DNA of 35,014 nucleotides. It comes from an uncultured Chitinophaga sp. GTDB taxonomy: Bacteria; Bacteroidota; Bacteroidia; Chitinophagales; Chitinophagaceae. This document shows, in pieces, positions 1 through 8,369 of the stretch. Where the stretch lies: contig CAZZLP010000001.1 in assembly GCA_964654705.1 (NCBI GenBank), positions 1 to 35,014 of the forward strand. Direction: 5' to 3'. The notes under the pieces are model-generated. The model was given only the letters and a program-made list of their open reading frames with translations. It made no database searches and was not told the origin of the DNA. The first letter of the stretch is position 1, and each line of letters begins with the position of its first letter. A program made the translations under genes and the position numbers.

Positions 1-1
1 T

Positions 2-340
2 AATTATTCGCTTACGCTTTCTTATCCCGAACACAAAGAAGGAACCTTAAAGATTGACTTGCTCGAACTAAAAAAAGCCGCCATCATCTTACGGGCACTT
101 AACCATAAGTTAAGACAGCAAATCTTGCGACTAATCGACGAGAATAGCAAAATAACCGTTACCGATATTTACATCAAGCTGCGCTTAGAGCAATCCGTTG
201 CCTCGCAGCACCTGGCCATTCTTAGAAAAGCTGGATTTGTAAAAACATCGCGTGAGGGCAAATACATTTACTACTCCGTTAACCCTGAAAGGCTCAACGA
301 AGTAATGCGCTACACCTCTCAGTTGCTTACGCACCAGTAA
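2..340 (+). CDS. ArsR/SmtB-family transcriptional regulator (5' end truncated by window edge)
   Basis: The frame is open from base 2 (NYSLTLSYPEHKEGTLKIDLLELKK...), so the true start lies upstream of the TTG at 59. ArsR wHTH motifs: LRALNHKLRQQIL, EQSVASQHLAILRKAGFV, REGKYIYYS. Confidence 0.9.
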   Translation, partial: NYSLTLSYPEHKEGTLKIDLLELKKAAIILRALNHKLRQQILRLIDENSKITVTDIYIKLRLEQSVASQHLAILRKAGFVKTSREGKYIYYSVNPERLNEVMRYTSQLLTHQ

Positions 341-1208
341 ACAATCCGTACGAATCTTTCCAGGTATGTCGCCAGCGGCGATGGCTCCACAAATAATTGG
401 CCGGGTCGGCCTTAACTACTCTTTCAACTTCGCATTTATAAAGAAACGTCAACTGCTCGGGCGTATGCGATTGGGGATGCTCACTAATTAACCGGGTACT
501 GAACTTATAATGCCCCCTTCGAGTACGCTCCATCTGAAACATGACCATGGCGGCATCATACTGAATAGCCCCTTTGGCGGGACCGGTAAAAAAAGGAGCC
601 GGTTTATTAAAAAAGGGCATCCAGAGTGCCTTGTCGGGCTTGCCGGGGTTTTGATCGGCACCGAGGGCCAGCACCGATGGGCCAGAAAAGATAAGATCGC
701 GCTTTTCGGTAAACTGATCGGCCGATACGGCGTTCCCGCCCAAGCGGGTACGTTGCCACAGATAAAGCCGATCGATGACCTTATTGCCAATGGGGCGGTA
801 GACAAAATAAAAAGGATGATGGAGCGCCACCGGTACCGTCAGATTAATGAACTCCCAGTTGAATTGGTGGGCCACCATCAGTTGAACGGATCTTCCCCGA
901 GCCAGCAACTCCTCTACCACGCCCAGATCGAGGGTAACGCGACCAAGGGCTTGCTTGTTAGTAAGAGAAAGCATTTTTATCGACTCCAAAAAAGTATCGG
1001 TAAACCGCAGGTAAAAATCGAGGGCGATCTTTTCTTTTTCCGACTCACTTTTTTCAGGAAAAGCAATGGAGAGATTTTGCAATACGACCGCTTTGCGATA
1101 GCCGATCACATAAAACAAAAGGCGGGCCACTCCCCAGCTCAGGGCATGAAAGAATGCAAAGGGCAAAAAAGAAAGCAACCACAGCGTAAAACGGACCAGC
1201 GGGTACAT
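327..1208 (-). CDS. Lipid A biosynthesis acyltransferase (LpxL/HtrB family)
   Basis: Motifs YRKAVVLQNLSIAFPEKS, AHQFNWE, GADQNP and PANYLWSHRRW. Start moved to the ATG at 1208, 4 nt after a TATCTTTG promoter element. Confidence 0.88.
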   Translation of the reverse strand: MYPLVRFTLWLLSFLPFAFFHALSWGVARLLFYVIGYRKAVVLQNLSIAFPEKSESEKEKIALDFYLRFTDTFLESIKMLSLTNKQALGRVTLDLGVVEELLARGRSVQLMVAHQFNWEFINLTVPVALHHPFYFVYRPIGNKVIDRLYLWQRTRLGGNAVSADQFTEKRDLIFSGPSVLALGADQNPGKPDKALWMPFFNKPAPFFTGPAKGAIQYDAAMVMFQMERTRRGHYKFSTRLISEHPQSHTPEQLTFLYKCEVERVVKADPANYLWSHRRWRHTWKDSYGLFTGA

Positions 1209-1212
1209 GTGG

Positions 1213-1220
1213 CAAAGATA
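1213..1220 (-). promoter_or_regulatory. Bacteroidota sigma70 -7 element TATCTTTG for the acyltransferase gene
   Basis: Exact TAnnTTTG match, 4 nt upstream of the ATG at 1208. Confidence 0.7.
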
Positions 1221-1319
1221 GCTCCGAAATGACCACCCTGCTCTTTCATTAACGAACGCCAGCATCATCAAGGGGTGTGGCAAAGCAGAGAAGGCGATGG
1301 CTGGCTTATCGTGTCAGCA

Positions 1320-2921
1320 CTAGAGTACAATATTTTGAACGAGTTCGCTTTTTGCAGGGTAATCAGTATTATAGTGAAGCCCCCGGCTCTCTTTTCTAAA
1401 ATGCGCGCCTTTCACAATCAGGTAACCCACGGTGATCATGTTGCGTAGCTCAAGTAGTTGCGGAGAGAGCGTACTGGTCTGGTACAATTGCTCGGTCTCT
1501 TCCCACAGCAGATCGAGTCTTCTGAGGGCACGCTGTAATCGTACATCGTTTCTGACGATACCGACATAATCGCTCATCAGTAGTTGTAGCTCCTTTAAGC
1601 TTTGTGTAATCAGGATCATTTCTTGAGGATCGGTAGTGCCACGGGCATTCCAATCGGGAATAGCGTCGGGTGTCGTTACGGTCTCTATTTGGGTAGCTGC
1701 TTTTTCGAAACAGCGATGGGCAAAGACCATGGCCTCGAGCAGCGAATTACTGGCCAACCGGTTGGCGCCGTGCAATCCGGTACTGGCGCATTCACCACAT
1801 ACAAACAACCGATGAATAGAACTCTCCCCCCACTCGTTCGACTTAACTCCGCCACAGCTATAGTGCGCAGCGGGAGCCACCGGTATCAGCTGCTTTGCAA
1901 CATCTATACCAAGTGAAAGACACTTTTCGTAAATATTCGGAAAATGCGAACGAAAACCGCCCATATCAATCGGCCGACAATCAAGCCATACGTGTTCAGT
2001 TCCGGCCTTTTTCATTTCGGCATCAATGGCACGGGCCACGATATCGCGAGGGGCCAGATCTTTTCTGGGGTCATAACGCTCCATGAATGCCTCTTGCCGG
2101 TGGTTACGCAAAATGGCCCCTTCTCCGCGAACGGCTTCGGTAATTAAAAAAGCCTGACCGCGAAGCCCCGGCTCAAACAACGCCGTGGGATGAAACTGAA
2201 TAAACTCCATGTTCTCGATACGACCTTTGGCGCGATACACCATGGCCACTCCGTCACCAGTGGCTATGGCAGGATTGGTAGTGGTACGATAGACCTGGCC
2301 GTTGCCTCCGCTGGCCAGCACAGTAATGCCTGCCAGTATCTTTTCTATCTTTTTAGTCTCGAGGTTTAGCGCATAAACACCATAGCAAGCAATATTGGGC
2401 GTAGACTTAGTAATTAAATATCCCAAATGATGCTGGGTAATGAGATCGATCACGAAACAATGCTTGATTACCTCGATATTAGTATACAAGTCGAGCGACT
2501 TCAACAAGGCACGCTCCATTTCTAACCCGGTAACATCTTTATAGTGTAAGATACGATGCGCCGAATGGCCGCCTTCTTTTCCTTTCTTGTATTCGCCTAT
2601 GGCGTTGCGGTCAAAACGGGCGCCCCAAGAAATGATCTCCTCTACCCGATCCGGGCCCTCTTCTACTACCATGCGCACGATGTCTTTATTACAAAGCCCG
2701 TCTCCGGCTACCAGCGTATCCTCTATATGCTTTTCGAAACTATCCCCTTCTCCTTCGCTTACTACGGCAATGCCTCCTTGCGCATATTTAGTGTTGGTCT
2801 CGTCGGCCGTGGCCTTGGTAATGACCTTGATCTTTTTATCGGGAAAACGTTGCGCCGTCTTTATGGCAAAGCTGAGCCCGGCAATTCCGGATCCGATCAC
2901 TAAAAAATCTGTTTGTGACAT
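1320..2921 (-). CDS. nadB: L-aspartate oxidase
   Basis: FAD-binding GSGIAG, TKYAQGGIA, EGGHSAHRILH, EFIQFHPT, LITEAVRGEG, GLHGANRLASNSLLE and ESRGLHY. Start taken at MSQTDFLV. Confidence 0.96.
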   Translation of the reverse strand: MSQTDFLVIGSGIAGLSFAIKTAQRFPDKKIKVITKATADETNTKYAQGGIAVVSEGEGDSFEKHIEDTLVAGDGLCNKDIVRMVVEEGPDRVEEIISWGARFDRNAIGEYKKGKEGGHSAHRILHYKDVTGLEMERALLKSLDLYTNIEVIKHCFVIDLITQHHLGYLITKSTPNIACYGVYALNLETKKIEKILAGITVLASGGNGQVYRTTTNPAIATGDGVAMVYRAKGRIENMEFIQFHPTALFEPGLRGQAFLITEAVRGEGAILRNHRQEAFMERYDPRKDLAPRDIVARAIDAEMKKAGTEHVWLDCRPIDMGGFRSHFPNIYEKCLSLGIDVAKQLIPVAPAAHYSCGGVKSNEWGESSIHRLFVCGECASTGLHGANRLASNSLLEAMVFAHRCFEKAATQIETVTTPDAIPDWNARGTTDPQEMILITQSLKELQLLMSDYVGIVRNDVRLQRALRRLDLLWEETEQLYQTSTLSPQLLELRNMITVGYLIVKGAHFRKESRGLHYNTDYPAKSELVQNIVL

Positions 2922-2991
2922 GCGCTTCTTATTAAAAATACTAGCGTGAAAAAGAAGACAAACCAACTGTCCGTATAGCGAATGAAGCGGC

Positions 2992-4983
2992 TTACATTGC
3001 CGGCTCTACCCACGCATCGTTCTCACGCAACAAGTTGATAAGCTCATCGACAGCCACCTCACTGTCGACATTTCGCTTAACGACCTCTTTTCCTTTGTAC
3101 AAAGTAATCTTACCCGGACCACTGCCCACATAACCAAAATCAGCATCGGCCATCTCGCCCGGTCCGTTAACGATACAACCCATAATGGCGATCTTGACCC
3201 CTTTTAGATGATGCGTAACGGCCCTGATCTTGGCCGTGGTCTCTTGCAGATCGAACAGGGTTCTGCCGCAACTCGGACAACTGATGTACTCTGTCTTTGA
3301 GATACGAGTTCGCGTAGCCTGCAAGATGCTAAAGGCCGTGTTATTGGTAAACTGATGAATATCCTGTACCGGCAAATAGGTTCTGCCTTTTACCTGAATG
3401 TTTTGCATGGATGCCTCGGAGCGATACCCCAATGCAATGCCATCGCCCATACCATCGAGGAGTAGCGCTCCTGTTTCGATGGCAAAATGAATAAGGTGCT
3501 CATCGGGGGTGGCTCCTTTGCTATCGCACATAAGTACCACCGGATTTTGTATAGCTCGTTGCTGCAACTCCATGAGCATGCGACGAACGGACTGCATGGC
3601 GTTTTGATTAGTACTGCCAAGACAAAGAACAACGCTTTTGTCATTAGCCATGCTCTCTAAAAAAGTATAATCATTGATAGTGGTCTCGTCACTATAGCAA
3701 TCGAGCATCACAAAATTCAACTTGTCGCTCTTTGCGGCAGCGGCCGCATAACCACTGGCAGCGAACAGTGGGTAGTAGGTATCCGAAGCGGCTTGTTGCC
3801 ATGCATCCGGAAAAACGATCACCTTTAGCGTTCCGGGCAATGCAAAATTAAGTAGTTGATGACCAGTAAAAATAAAATCGGCTGCTGCATCTCCAATAGA
3901 CCACTTATCCGTTTGCGAATCGTAACTATAACCAACACTGCGCAAATGGTCGGGTGTAATATTTTCTATCTTGCTCAGGTCGCTGATGACCACGGGTACC
4001 TGCTGCCCTCCTATGCAATCTACTGCAAAACTGCTGCGACGTTTGTACTCAAAAGGAGAATAAGGTATCGAATGGGCAGGAGGCACTGCTGCACTGCCTG
4101 GGCGTTGATAGCGTTTGACGATATCGCGGCACACGGGTATCTCGAGTTCCGGATCTTCTGTCAGCGAAACACGAATGGTATCGCCCAACCCGTCCTCTAA
4201 TAAAGTGCCTATACCGGCCGCACTTTTGATACGACCATCTTCACCATCCCCGGCCTCGGTAACCCCCAGGTGCAACGGATAGGCCTCACCGAACTCATTG
4301 AACATGGTCTGCACCAGCAAGCGATAGGCTTGTACCATCACTTGCGGGTTGCTGCTCTTCATGCTTAGCACAATGTTGTGAAAGGATTCACCACGGGCAA
4401 TTCGCAAAAACTCCATGGCACTCTCTACCATACCAATTGCCGTATCGCCGTAGCGACTCATAATACGGTCGCTCAGTGAGCCATGATTGGTACCGATACG
4501 CATGGCCGTACCTTCTTGACGACAAATCTGTACCAGGGGGGTAAAACGCTCCCGGATCCGCTCGATCTCTTCTTGGTACTCCGCATCGGTATAGTCGATC
4601 TGTTCAAACTTTTTCTTATCCACGTAATTGCCGGGATTGATCCTTACTTTTTCTACGATGCGGGCCGCGATCTCTGCAGCATTGGGCGTAAAGTGAATAT
4701 CGGCGACCAGCGGTACTTTATAACCGCGCTTCTGCAGCTCGTCTCTGATTACTTTTAAATTCTCTGCTTCTTTTTTGGAAGGTGCCGTAATACGTACCAA
4801 CTCGGCACCCGCCTCTATACATCGAATGGCCTGTTCTACCGTGGCCAGCGTATTCATCGTATCGGTCGTAGTCATAGTCTGTACCCGAATAGGATGGCCG
4901 TTACCCAACAGCAGATCGCCGATCTTTACCTCGCGGGTTACCAATCGTTGGTATTGGGTAAGAGAGGGTGCGTACAGTTGCAT
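2992..4983 (-). CDS. ispG: (E)-4-hydroxy-3-methylbut-2-enyl-diphosphate synthase, long form
   Basis: VQTMTTTDT, PLVADIHF, RINPGN, RIGTNHGSLS, YPLHLGVTEAG, GDTIRVSLT, and 4Fe-4S ligands SCPSCGR...GCIVNGPGE. Confidence 0.97.
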   Translation of the reverse strand: MQLYAPSLTQYQRLVTREVKIGDLLLGNGHPIRVQTMTTTDTMNTLATVEQAIRCIEAGAELVRITAPSKKEAENLKVIRDELQKRGYKVPLVADIHFTPNAAEIAARIVEKVRINPGNYVDKKKFEQIDYTDAEYQEEIERIRERFTPLVQICRQEGTAMRIGTNHGSLSDRIMSRYGDTAIGMVESAMEFLRIARGESFHNIVLSMKSSNPQVMVQAYRLLVQTMFNEFGEAYPLHLGVTEAGDGEDGRIKSAAGIGTLLEDGLGDTIRVSLTEDPELEIPVCRDIVKRYQRPGSAAVPPAHSIPYSPFEYKRRSSFAVDCIGGQQVPVVISDLSKIENITPDHLRSVGYSYDSQTDKWSIGDAAADFIFTGHQLLNFALPGTLKVIVFPDAWQQAASDTYYPLFAASGYAAAAAKSDKLNFVMLDCYSDETTINDYTFLESMANDKSVVLCLGSTNQNAMQSVRRMLMELQQRAIQNPVVLMCDSKGATPDEHLIHFAIETGALLLDGMGDGIALGYRSEASMQNIQVKGRTYLPVQDIHQFTNNTAFSILQATRTRISKTEYISCPSCGRTLFDLQETTAKIRAVTHHLKGVKIAIMGCIVNGPGEMADADFGYVGSGPGKITLYKGKEVVKRNVDSEVAVDELINLLRENDAWVEPAM

Positions 4984-4986
4984 TCG

Positions 4987-5808
4987 TTACATATTACCGT
5001 TAAAGAATCCAAGTAAGCGCAGCATATCTTTTACCATGGTGACCGTGGTACCCTTTGCCGGGGCCTGCTGCGTCTCCCCATTTAAAACAAAGAAATAAGG
5101 GTGATTGTTTTCTTCTACCCAGCCCACGACCCAACTGATGGCTTTTCCATTAGGGGCTATACCCGTACCGGTCTTATAAGCCAATCGGTACAGGGAGGTA
5201 CTTTCCATTAGCATGGCACGCTTGACCATCTCTTGATAGGTCTTAAAAAAAGGAAGCTGATCGAAATAAAGTCGTTTGACCAATCCCAATTGTGCATCGG
5301 GTGTAAGTCGAATGGAATTGTCGAGCCAAAAGGTATCGACCGCAGTTCTGATGGTGACCGTATCGGTGTCAGTCATAGCACCATAACCGAGTGAGTCCAG
5401 CCAAAACTGCATAGTGTCTTTGCCAATACGGCGAGCCACTTCTTGAAAGTAAGGAACAGAAGATACCCGAAACGCACTGTACATACTCAGATCTTGGTTC
5501 CACTCCAGATAAGAACGCACCACGCCATCCCAAGGAATGACCATAGAGTCACTACTAATCTTTCCGGTTTGCAGCCCGATTAGTGAGTTGACGATCTTAA
5601 AGGTACTGGCTGGTAAGTAGGCGCTATCGCGGTAGCGGGTCAGATTATATACGGTAAAACCGGTGGTACCGTTATCCATCAAGGCAAAACAACCCTGCAT
5701 ACTGTTTTTTGAGAAGTATGTTTCGAGTCGATCGTCTTGGTTGACATTATTAAACGAGCAAGAGTAAAACAGAACAGACAAGGTGAGTACGCCAAATAGC
5801 CTCTTCAT
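4987..5808 (-). CDS. Class D beta-lactamase-family protein (OXA-like), predicted lipoprotein
   Basis: PASTFKI (SxxK), SSV (SxV), YGA (YGN variant), FWLD omega loop, KTG and WVVGWVE. N-terminus MKRLFGVLTLSVLFYSC has a lipobox-like Cys. Confidence 0.88.
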   Translation of the reverse strand: MKRLFGVLTLSVLFYSCSFNNVNQDDRLETYFSKNSMQGCFALMDNGTTGFTVYNLTRYRDSAYLPASTFKIVNSLIGLQTGKISSDSMVIPWDGVVRSYLEWNQDLSMYSAFRVSSVPYFQEVARRIGKDTMQFWLDSLGYGAMTDTDTVTIRTAVDTFWLDNSIRLTPDAQLGLVKRLYFDQLPFFKTYQEMVKRAMLMESTSLYRLAYKTGTGIAPNGKAISWVVGWVEENNHPYFFVLNGETQQAPAKGTTVTMVKDMLRLLGFFNGNM

Positions 5809-5826
5809 GCTAAAAAATGATTTCGG

Positions 5827-5834
5827 CAAAGTTA
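5827..5834 (-). promoter_or_regulatory. -7 promoter element TAACTTTG for the beta-lactamase/ispG unit
   Basis: TAnnTTTG match 18 nt upstream of the ATG at 5808. Confidence 0.6.
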
Positions 5835-5924
5835 ATCCTTTGCAGTTATGCAAAGAATCCGTAACACCAGAGCCATTTTGATGGCATTGCTTCTCTTACC
5901 ACTGCGCACTTTTTACAAAAGCAC

Positions 5925-7112
5925 TCAGGATAGTACCCCAAGTTCCTTGCCGACCTTTATAAAGGCAGCAATGGCCTTATCGAGATGTTCCTGCCGGTGA
6001 GCGGCACTAAGCTGTACTCGAATACGGGCCTGCCCCTTGGCGACCACCGGAAAAAAGAAGCCGATCACATAGATGCCTTCTTCGAGTAGGCGGGCTGCCA
6101 TTTTCTGGGCCAGTACCGCATCGTAGAGCATGATGGGAACAATAGGATGATCACCTGGCTTGATATCAAATCCGGCTTCGGTCATTTCGGAACGAAAATA
6201 CTTGGTATTATACTCGAGCCGGTCTCGCAACTCGGTAGTCTCTGTGAGCATATCGAGTACGGCAATAGAAGCCCCCACAATAGAAGGCGCCAACGTATTA
6301 CTAAAAAGATATGGACGTGACTTTTGGCGTAGCATATCGATGATCTCTTTGCGGCCGCTGGTAAATCCTCCCGAAGCGCCGCCCAGCGCCTTACCCAGCG
6401 TGCCGGTGATGATATCGATCTTACCCATCACTCCGCGATATTCGTGCGTGCCGCGACCGGTGCGCCCTAAAAAGCCCGACGAGTGACATTCATCGATCAT
6501 AACGGCTGCATCGTATTGCTCGGCCAAGGCGACGATCTTATCTAACTGAGCAATGGTGCCATCCATACTGAACGATCCGTCGGTCACAATGACCCTGCTG
6601 CGGCAAGAGGCGGCTTCTTTTAATTTCGCCTCCAGGTCTTGCATATTGTTATGCTCGTACCGTAAACGCTGGGCCTTGCACAAACGAATACCATCGATAA
6701 TGGAAGCATGATTGAGCGCATCGGAGATGATCGCATCTTGCTCGCCAAAAAGCGGTTCGAAAAGACCTCCGTTGGCATCGAAGGCCGCTGCATATAAGAT
6801 CGTGTCTTCGGTACCCAGAAATGCGGATAACTTCTTTTCAAGTTCTTTATGGATATCTTGCGTACCACAGATGAACCGCACACTGCTCATACCATAGCCA
6901 CGCTGGTCAATGGCATGATGGGCCGCTTCGATCACTTTTGGATGAGAGGATAGCCCCAAATAATTATTGGCACAGAAATTAAGCACCGTCTTGCCCCCCA
7001 CTACGATCTCGGCCTCTTGCGAGCTTTCGATGATACGTTCAGACTTGTAGAGTCCGGCACTCTTGATCTCTTCGATCTCTTGGGCTATGCGTTGTACCAA
7101 CTTTTCGTTCAT
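5925..7112 (-). CDS. kbl: Glycine C-acetyltransferase (2-amino-3-ketobutyrate CoA ligase)
   Basis: NFCANNYLGLS, GMSSVRFICGTQDIH, ISDALNHASIIDG, PLP lysine in TGTLGKALGG, RPYLFSN and ARIRVQLSAAH. Confidence 0.95.
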   Translation of the reverse strand: MNEKLVQRIAQEIEEIKSAGLYKSERIIESSQEAEIVVGGKTVLNFCANNYLGLSSHPKVIEAAHHAIDQRGYGMSSVRFICGTQDIHKELEKKLSAFLGTEDTILYAAAFDANGGLFEPLFGEQDAIISDALNHASIIDGIRLCKAQRLRYEHNNMQDLEAKLKEAASCRSRVIVTDGSFSMDGTIAQLDKIVALAEQYDAAVMIDECHSSGFLGRTGRGTHEYRGVMGKIDIITGTLGKALGGASGGFTSGRKEIIDMLRQKSRPYLFSNTLAPSIVGASIAVLDMLTETTELRDRLEYNTKYFRSEMTEAGFDIKPGDHPIVPIMLYDAVLAQKMAARLLEEGIYVIGFFFPVVAKGQARIRVQLSAAHRQEHLDKAIAAFIKVGKELGVLS

Positions 7113-7127
7113 GGCAAGAATTTGCCG

Positions 7128-7135
7128 CAAAGATA
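7128..7135 (-). promoter_or_regulatory. -7 promoter element TATCTTTG for kbl
   Basis: TAnnTTTG match 15 nt upstream of the ATG at 7112. Confidence 0.65.
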
Positions 7136-7206
7136 AGGGCTGTTACCGCTCCTGTAAAAGTCCTGGAACAGAACGCTTGTTAACATTTTTTTTAACCCTT
7201 TGGCAA

Positions 7207-7214
7207 TAGCTTTG
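7207..7214 (+). promoter_or_regulatory. -7 promoter element TAGCTTTG for the outer-membrane protein gene
   Basis: TAnnTTTG match 18 nt upstream of the ATG at 7233, divergent from kbl. Confidence 0.6.
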
Positions 7215-7232
7215 CAAGCAAACCGAACAATA

Positions 7233-8354
7233 ATGAATAAACTGCTCCTTACCTCTTTGTTAAGTCTTTGCCTTTTTTTTGCGGCGATGGGCCAAGAAAA
7301 AAGAGACTCCGTTATTATCATTAAAAAATACAGTAAAGACACCCTGATCAGATACGGCAAGGACACTCTGATCGTAAAATCCGATACGCTGGTGCTAGGC
7401 GCTACAGGTCGCATGCAGGTGACCATCGATACCGTTAAAAAAGGAACGATGACCATTATTACCCGCGTAGACAAAGGAGACGGGCGAGAGAAGAAACAAG
7501 TAGAAGTCACCATCAACAATGATAATTCGCTGGGCGAGATGATCGAAAAGGGACTAGAGAAACTAAGTGACAGAAATGGCGGTTTTCTTGAACTAGACAA
7601 AGACTTCAAATGGCCTTTAAAGGATCGTACAGAAACCAAGAAACCCAAAAACATCGAAAATGACTGGATGATAATCGATCTGGGCTTCTCACAGTACACT
7701 GATGCCAGTAACTATGCACAAGCGCAACAATTAGGATTTGTGGGAGCAGGCATAGGGCAAGATCAATTAAAAGTAAAGACCCGATTTGCGAGTAATGTCA
7801 ACATCTGGCTGGTAATGCAACGCCTCAATCTGGTCAATCATAAACTCAATTTAAAATACGGTATTGGTTTTGAATTGAACAATTATCACTTTGACCAGGG
7901 CAATGTATTGCTTCAAAAAAATCCTACCCGGATTTCACTCCTCGTTAACAACGTTCCCAAAAAAGTAAAACTGGCGGCCGATTACCTGACTATCCCGATG
8001 ATGTTGCATTTTAACACCAACCCTGCCAACAATAAAGGACTACGCCTGTCGGCAGGGGCCAGTGCCGGTTTTTTATATTCTGCCCGGTATAAGACAAAAT
8101 TGAATGGCGACATAACGAAGGTTCGCAGTGACTTTGACTTGGAGCACTTTAAATTTTCATGGGTAGGAGAGATGGGCGTGCGCGGCATTACCCTCTATGG
8201 CAGCTTTGTCATGAATAACATGTGGAACAAGGCCCTTGATATGAAACCCTACTCCATTGGATTCAGACTAGGCGGCACGGATAATAGCGATCGTAAAAAG
8301 AAAAAGAAGAGCCCTGCTAAATCAACTCGCATGAGTTGGGGAGAGCGGTTATAA
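7233..8354 (+). CDS. Outer-membrane beta-barrel protein (PorT-like/OMP beta-barrel) with long N-terminal extension
   Basis: Signal peptide MNKLLLTSLLSLCLFFAAMG. Amphipathic strands LKYGIGFELNNY, YLTIPMMLHF, LRLSAGASAGFL and YSIGFRL. Confidence 0.7.
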   Translation: MNKLLLTSLLSLCLFFAAMGQEKRDSVIIIKKYSKDTLIRYGKDTLIVKSDTLVLGATGRMQVTIDTVKKGTMTIITRVDKGDGREKKQVEVTINNDNSLGEMIEKGLEKLSDRNGGFLELDKDFKWPLKDRTETKKPKNIENDWMIIDLGFSQYTDASNYAQAQQLGFVGAGIGQDQLKVKTRFASNVNIWLVMQRLNLVNHKLNLKYGIGFELNNYHFDQGNVLLQKNPTRISLLVNNVPKKVKLAADYLTIPMMLHFNTNPANNKGLRLSAGASAGFLYSARYKTKLNGDITKVRSDFDLEHFKFSWVGEMGVRGITLYGSFVMNNMWNKALDMKPYSIGFRLGGTDNSDRKKKKKSPAKSTRMSWGERL

Positions 8355-8369
8355 CACGAATTATTCCAA

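Noticed and set aside
510-1232. 240-aa ORF antisense to the acyltransferase gene
   Set aside because: It lies almost wholly opposite a well-supported CDS and shows no domain features or promoter.
1258-1305. GCCAGC...GCTGGC inverted repeat downstream of nadB
   Set aside because: The stem is short with a large loop and no U-tract. It is not repeated elsewhere in the window and matches no RNA family I recognise.
4987-5808. Beta-lactamase as an acquired resistance cassette
   Set aside because: There is no integron, attC site, IS or evident compositional shift, and the gene sits among housekeeping genes.
7109-7699. 196-aa hydrophobic, Ser-rich ORF on the minus strand
   Set aside because: It is the mirror of the Lys/Glu-rich plus-strand gene and runs across the divergent promoters.
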